A stretch of 32,000 nucleotides of DNA from positions 4,500,001-4,532,000 of the forward strand of contig NZ_CP015137.1 in the NCBI RefSeq assembly GCF_001644705.1, given 5' to 3'. The position numbers and the translations under genes were made by a program. The notes beneath the pieces were generated by a model, which was given only the letters and a program-made list of their open reading frames with translations, searched no databases and was not told the DNA's origin. This document shows positions 28,714-32,000 of the stretch, piece after piece (positions within the stretch are counted from its first letter, which is position 1; each line of letters opens with the position of its first letter). The DNA is from Dickeya solani IPO 2222. Its GTDB lineage: Bacteria > Pseudomonadota > Gammaproteobacteria > Enterobacterales > Enterobacteriaceae.

Positions 28714-30741
28714 TTAATCCTCTTGCGACGCCTGCGATGCGGCGGCCTTACGTGCTTTAACCCGAGCGATGGCGGCTGCCACGGCAGCTTTGCGTGGGTC
28801 GATGATCTCGGTCGGAGCGGTGTCAGCCGATGTGGCTGGGAACTCACTCTCCGGCGCGTGCGCCACGGTGAATACCGGTGCGTCGGGTGACAATGTCACG
28901 TTTTCGGCGATACCGGACTGCGCCGCCTTACGTGCGTTAACCCGGGCGATAGCGGCTGCCACAGCGGCTTTACGGGGATCGACATTGTCGCCCATTGCGA
29001 CAGCGGGCGTAGATTCTGCCGGATTAGTCGTCGCCAGCTGTTCATCACGATGAGCTTTGTCACGGACGATCACCGCTGTCGGCGTGTCGCCATCTGTCGT
29101 GCTCAGCGCTTTTTCCGCCTGCTGCTCACGCGCCTGCGCCTTGCGAGCTTCGCGGACGGCGATCACGGCGCTGTTATCCGGCTGTTGACCCGGTTCAATG
29201 CGGATTTCGGCCTGAACGGTCGTTGCCTGCCTGGCGCGCACTCTTTCCAGCGCTGCCATCACCGCATCTTTGTCGGTAGAGGCTACGCTGGCGGCGGCCT
29301 GCTTATGGCGTTGCTCACGCGCCTGTTTTTCCCGTTCCAGACGGGCCTGACGCGCATCAAAACGCGCTTTGGCCTCCACCGCCTTGCGGGATTCTTGATC
29401 CAGCGCCTGAATCTCGGCTTTTTCCTGACGGTAATACTGCACCAGCGGGATATTGCTGGGGCAAACGTACGCGCAGGCGCCGCATTCGATACAGTCAAAC
29501 AGATGATGCTGGCGCGCTTTCTCGTGCTCCTGTCCCCGGCTAAACCAGTAAAGTTGTTGCGGCAGCAGCCCGGCTGGGCAGGCATCGGCGCATTTGCCGC
29601 AGCGGATGCAGGCCTGTTCCTCTTCCTGCGCCTGAATCTCATCGCGGGCAGGGGCCAGAATACAGTTACTGGTCTTGATGATCGGTACGTCCAGCGCGGG
29701 CAGGGTGAAGCCCATCAGCGGCCCGCCCATGATCACCATCGGCTGCGTGGTGGTGACATGGTAGCCGGCGTGTCGCAGCAGATGACGCACGGGCGTGCCC
29801 AGCCGGGTCCAGACGTTGCCCGGCTGGCGCAACGCATCGCCGGTCAGGGTGACGACGCGTTCGGTCAGCGGCTCGCCGTTAATGACCGCCCGTTTGATGG
29901 CGTACGCGGTGCCGACGTTTTGCATCAATACGCCGATAGACGCCGAATGTTTGCCGAAGGGCACTTCTTTACCGGTCAGGATATGGGTCAACTGCTTGGC
30001 GCCGCCGGATGGGTATTTCGTGGGAATTACCCGCATCTGGATGCGCGGGTAATCCACCAGCGCAACACGCAACGCCGCGATGGCTTCCGGTTTGTTGTCT
30101 TCGATGCCCAGCAGGATACGTTGCGGTTGCAGCAGATGGTCGAGGATATCGACCCCCTGCGCGATCTCCTGCGCACACTCCTGCATCAGACGATCGTCGG
30201 CGGTGATATAGGGTTCGCACTCGGCGGCGTTGATAATCAAGGTGTCGATGCCGCGCAGGCCGCCCTGCAGTTTGGCGGCGGTGGGAAAGCCGGCGCCGCC
30301 CAGCCCGGCAATACCGGCCTGATGCAGATGCTCAACCAACTCGGACGGCGTCGCCTGACGGTAGTCGGTGAAGGGGCGGCGTTCGCACCAGCGGTCCTGT
30401 CCGTCGGGAATGATAATGATGCTGAGTTCGGTCAGCCCGGAGGGGTGATTGCTCATATGCTGGCGGATGGCGTGCACCGTCCCAGAGGTTGGCGCGTGCA
30501 CCGGCAGCATCCGGCCAGCGCCGCGTGTCAGCGGCTGGCCGCGCAGCACCGGATCGCCGGCTTTGACGCACAGGTCGCCTTCCGGTCCGAGATGTTGCTT
30601 GAGCGGGATAATCAAATAGTCAGGCATGGGGGCCTGCCGCAGCGGAACCTGACTGGACTGGATTTTCATTTCCGGGGGATGGATTCCGCCTGAAAAATCC
30701 CAGATTCTGTCTTTTCTGAAGGCGGCGAACAGCTTAAACAT
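28714..30741 (-). CDS. rsxC: Ion-translocating oxidoreductase complex subunit C (2 x [4Fe-4S], repeat-bearing C-terminal tail)
   Basis: [26 protein letters not shown]..., two ferredoxin motifs ([24 protein letters not shown]), and an Ala/Lys/Arg/Gln-rich tail with two copies of [14 protein letters not shown](N/K)ARKAA. Confidence 0.96.
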   Translation of the reverse strand: MFKLFAAFRKDRIWDFSGGIHPPEMKIQSSQVPLRQAPMPDYLIIPLKQHLGPEGDLCVKAGDPVLRGQPLTRGAGRMLPVHAPTSGTVHAIRQHMSNHPSGLTELSIIIIPDGQDRWCERRPFTDYRQATPSELVEHLHQAGIAGLGGAGFPTAAKLQGGLRGIDTLIINAAECEPYITADDRLMQECAQEIAQGVDILDHLLQPQRILLGIEDNKPEAIAALRVALVDYPRIQMRVIPTKYPSGGAKQLTHILTGKEVPFGKHSASIGVLMQNVGTAYAIKRAVINGEPLTERVVTLTGDALRQPGNVWTRLGTPVRHLLRHAGYHVTTTQPMVIMGGPLMGFTLPALDVPIIKTSNCILAPARDEIQAQEEEQACIRCGKCADACPAGLLPQQLYWFSRGQEHEKARQHHLFDCIECGACAYVCPSNIPLVQYYRQEKAEIQALDQESRKAVEAKARFDARQARLEREKQAREQRHKQAAASVASTDKDAVMAALERVRARQATTVQAEIRIEPGQQPDNSAVIAVREARKAQAREQQAEKALSTTDGDTPTAVIVRDKAHRDEQLATTNPAESTPAVAMGDNVDPRKAAVAAAIARVNARKAAQSGIAENVTLSPDAPVFTVAHAPESEFPATSADTAPTEIIDPRKAAVAAAIARVKARKAAASQASQED

Positions 30742-31324
30742 GATTTTCGATCACACGGTTTTCCGCCTGGATAACGCGCACCGGAATGGTGTCGAGATTC
30801 CATTTCCAGCTGGCGGTCGTCGGGGCTAAAGGTCTTAATTCAATACAATCCGTTGGGCAGGGCGGCACACACAGGTTGCAGCCGGTGCACAGATCGCGGA
30901 TGACGGTATGGACGGCGCGGGTGGTGCCGACAATGGCGTCCACCGGGCAGGCCTGGATGCATTTGGTACAACCGATGCAGTTGTCCTCATCGACCCAGGC
31001 GACCAGTGGCTCCGGTTTTTGCTGCGCCTCGGCGTCAAGCGGCTGCGGATCGACGTTCAGCCGTTCTGCCAGCTTAAGCATCAGCGGTTCGCCGCCCGGT
31101 ACGCATTTGTTGATGTGCTCGTTGTTGAGGGCGATCGCTTCGGCGTAGGGGCGGCAGCCGGGATAACCGCACTGGCCGCACTGACTTTGCGGCAGCATGG
31201 CATCCAGTTGCTCAACCACCGGGTCTTCTTCCACCTGAAAGCGGCGTGAGGCAAAGCCCAGGATTAACCCGAACACCAGCGCCACCGCGCTGAGCGCGGC
31301 TATGGCTATCCAGATGGTAATCAT
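30734..31324 (-). CDS. rsxB: Ion-translocating oxidoreductase complex subunit B
   Basis: ...[20 protein letters not shown]..., [12 protein letters not shown] and [12 protein letters not shown]. Colinear with E. coli RsxB. Overlaps rsxC by 8 nt and rsxA by 1 nt. Confidence 0.96.
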   Translation of the reverse strand: MITIWIAIAALSAVALVFGLILGFASRRFQVEEDPVVEQLDAMLPQSQCGQCGYPGCRPYAEAIALNNEHINKCVPGGEPLMLKLAERLNVDPQPLDAEAQQKPEPLVAWVDEDNCIGCTKCIQACPVDAIVGTTRAVHTVIRDLCTGCNLCVPPCPTDCIELRPLAPTTASWKWNLDTIPVRVIQAENRVIENHV

Positions 31325-31905
31325 CAGAGTTTCACCAGACCGGTAAAACCCATAAAGGCCAGCGACATCAGGCCAGCCGTCACCAGTGCGATAGACGAGC
31401 CGCGGAATGGCGCGGGCACATCGGCCACGGCGAGGCGCTCGCGCAGCGCGGCAAACAGCACCAATACCAGAGAAAAGCCGACGGCGGCGCTGAAACCATA
31501 GATGGTTGATTGCAAAAAGTTGTGCGATTGATTCACGCTAAGCAACGCGACGCCGAGAACGGCGCAATTGGTGGTGATCAGCGGCAAAAAGATGCCCAGT
31601 AAACGGTAGAGCGCCGGGCTGGTTTTCCGCACCGCCAGTTCGGTGAATTGCACCACCACGGCAAAAACCAGGATAAAGGCCAGCGTGCGCAGATAGAGCA
31701 GGTTTAACGGCAGCAGCACGTAGGTGTTGACCAGCCAGGAGAACACCGACCCCACCGTCATCACAAATGTGGTGGCAAACCCCATGCCGATGGCGGCTTC
31801 CAGCTTTTTGGATACGCCCATGAACGGGCATAAGCCCAGGAATTTCACCAGTACGAAGTTGTTGACAAAAATTGTGCCAACAAACAGCAAGACATATTCG
31901 CTCAT
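31324..31905 (-). CDS. rsxA: Ion-translocating oxidoreductase complex subunit A
   Basis: From the ATG at 31905 the product ([36 protein letters not shown]...) is 193 aa, matching the length and sequence of E. coli RsxA. The ORF-track extension to 31995 is rejected. Confidence 0.95.
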   Translation of the reverse strand: MSEYVLLFVGTIFVNNFVLVKFLGLCPFMGVSKKLEAAIGMGFATTFVMTVGSVFSWLVNTYVLLPLNLLYLRTLAFILVFAVVVQFTELAVRKTSPALYRLLGIFLPLITTNCAVLGVALLSVNQSHNFLQSTIYGFSAAVGFSLVLVLFAALRERLAVADVPAPFRGSSIALVTAGLMSLAFMGFTGLVKL

Positions 31906-32000
31906 TACAGTGCCTACAAAATAAAACCGGCGTATTATCGGGCATTGTCCGGCGTTCGGCAACTTACCCTCTGTACGGATATTAGGCAATCGCACTCATT

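Noticed and set aside
29050-30693. 547-aa ORF on the + strand
   Set aside because: It is entirely antisense to rsxC, whose product aligns end to end with E. coli RsxC. Its Arg/Gly/His/Ala-rich composition is typical of shadow frames in GC-rich genes, and no RBS is evident.
31906-31995. 30-codon N-terminal extension of rsxA in the ORF track
   Set aside because: RsxA homologues start at MSEY/MTDY. The extension has no homology support and would remove the promoter-proximal UTR.

Overview
Chromosomal segment of an Enterobacterales genome. The KdgM-type porin, separate trpG and trpD genes and fairly GC-rich coding DNA suggest a soft-rot Pectobacteriaceae such as Dickeya or Brenneria; this assignment is inference. 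The window is largely colinear with the E. coli K-12 tonB-trp-topA-cysB region. Gene order is yciI, tonB, yciA-yciB-yciC, ompW, trpA-B-C-D-G-E, trpH(rnm), yciO, rluB, btuR-yciK, sohB, yciN, topA, cysB. After cysB it joins a complete rsxABCDGE-nth operon. The trp operon keeps a readable sigma70 promoter, a TrpR-type operator, a 25-codon Trp-Trp leader peptide that is too short for the ORF track, and an attenuator. I also read a Fur box at tonB, a perfect FNR box at ompW, and several intrinsic terminators. I saw no rRNA, tRNA, CRISPR array, IS element, prophage or recognisable defence or toxin system. About 90% of the window is ordinary housekeeping DNA. There are three accessory spots. (1) A YkgJ-family Cys-cluster gene lies between yciC and ompW. 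(2) A low-GC KdgM-family oligogalacturonate porin with two KdgR-like operators and a very AT-rich upstream tract lies between ompW and trpA, where E. coli has yciEFG. (3) A ~2.3 kb islet lies between sohB and yciN, which are adjacent in E. coli. The islet is the most interesting region. It has two convergent orphan genes: a Cys-free, Ser/Thr/Gln/Asn-rich cytoplasmic-type protein and a signal-peptide-bearing 4-Cys protein. It also has a 4 x 17 bp tandem repeat, an ERIC core fragment and extremely AT-rich flanks. I cannot assign either islet protein to a family from sequence alone and do not claim a new system. It is the place to look.
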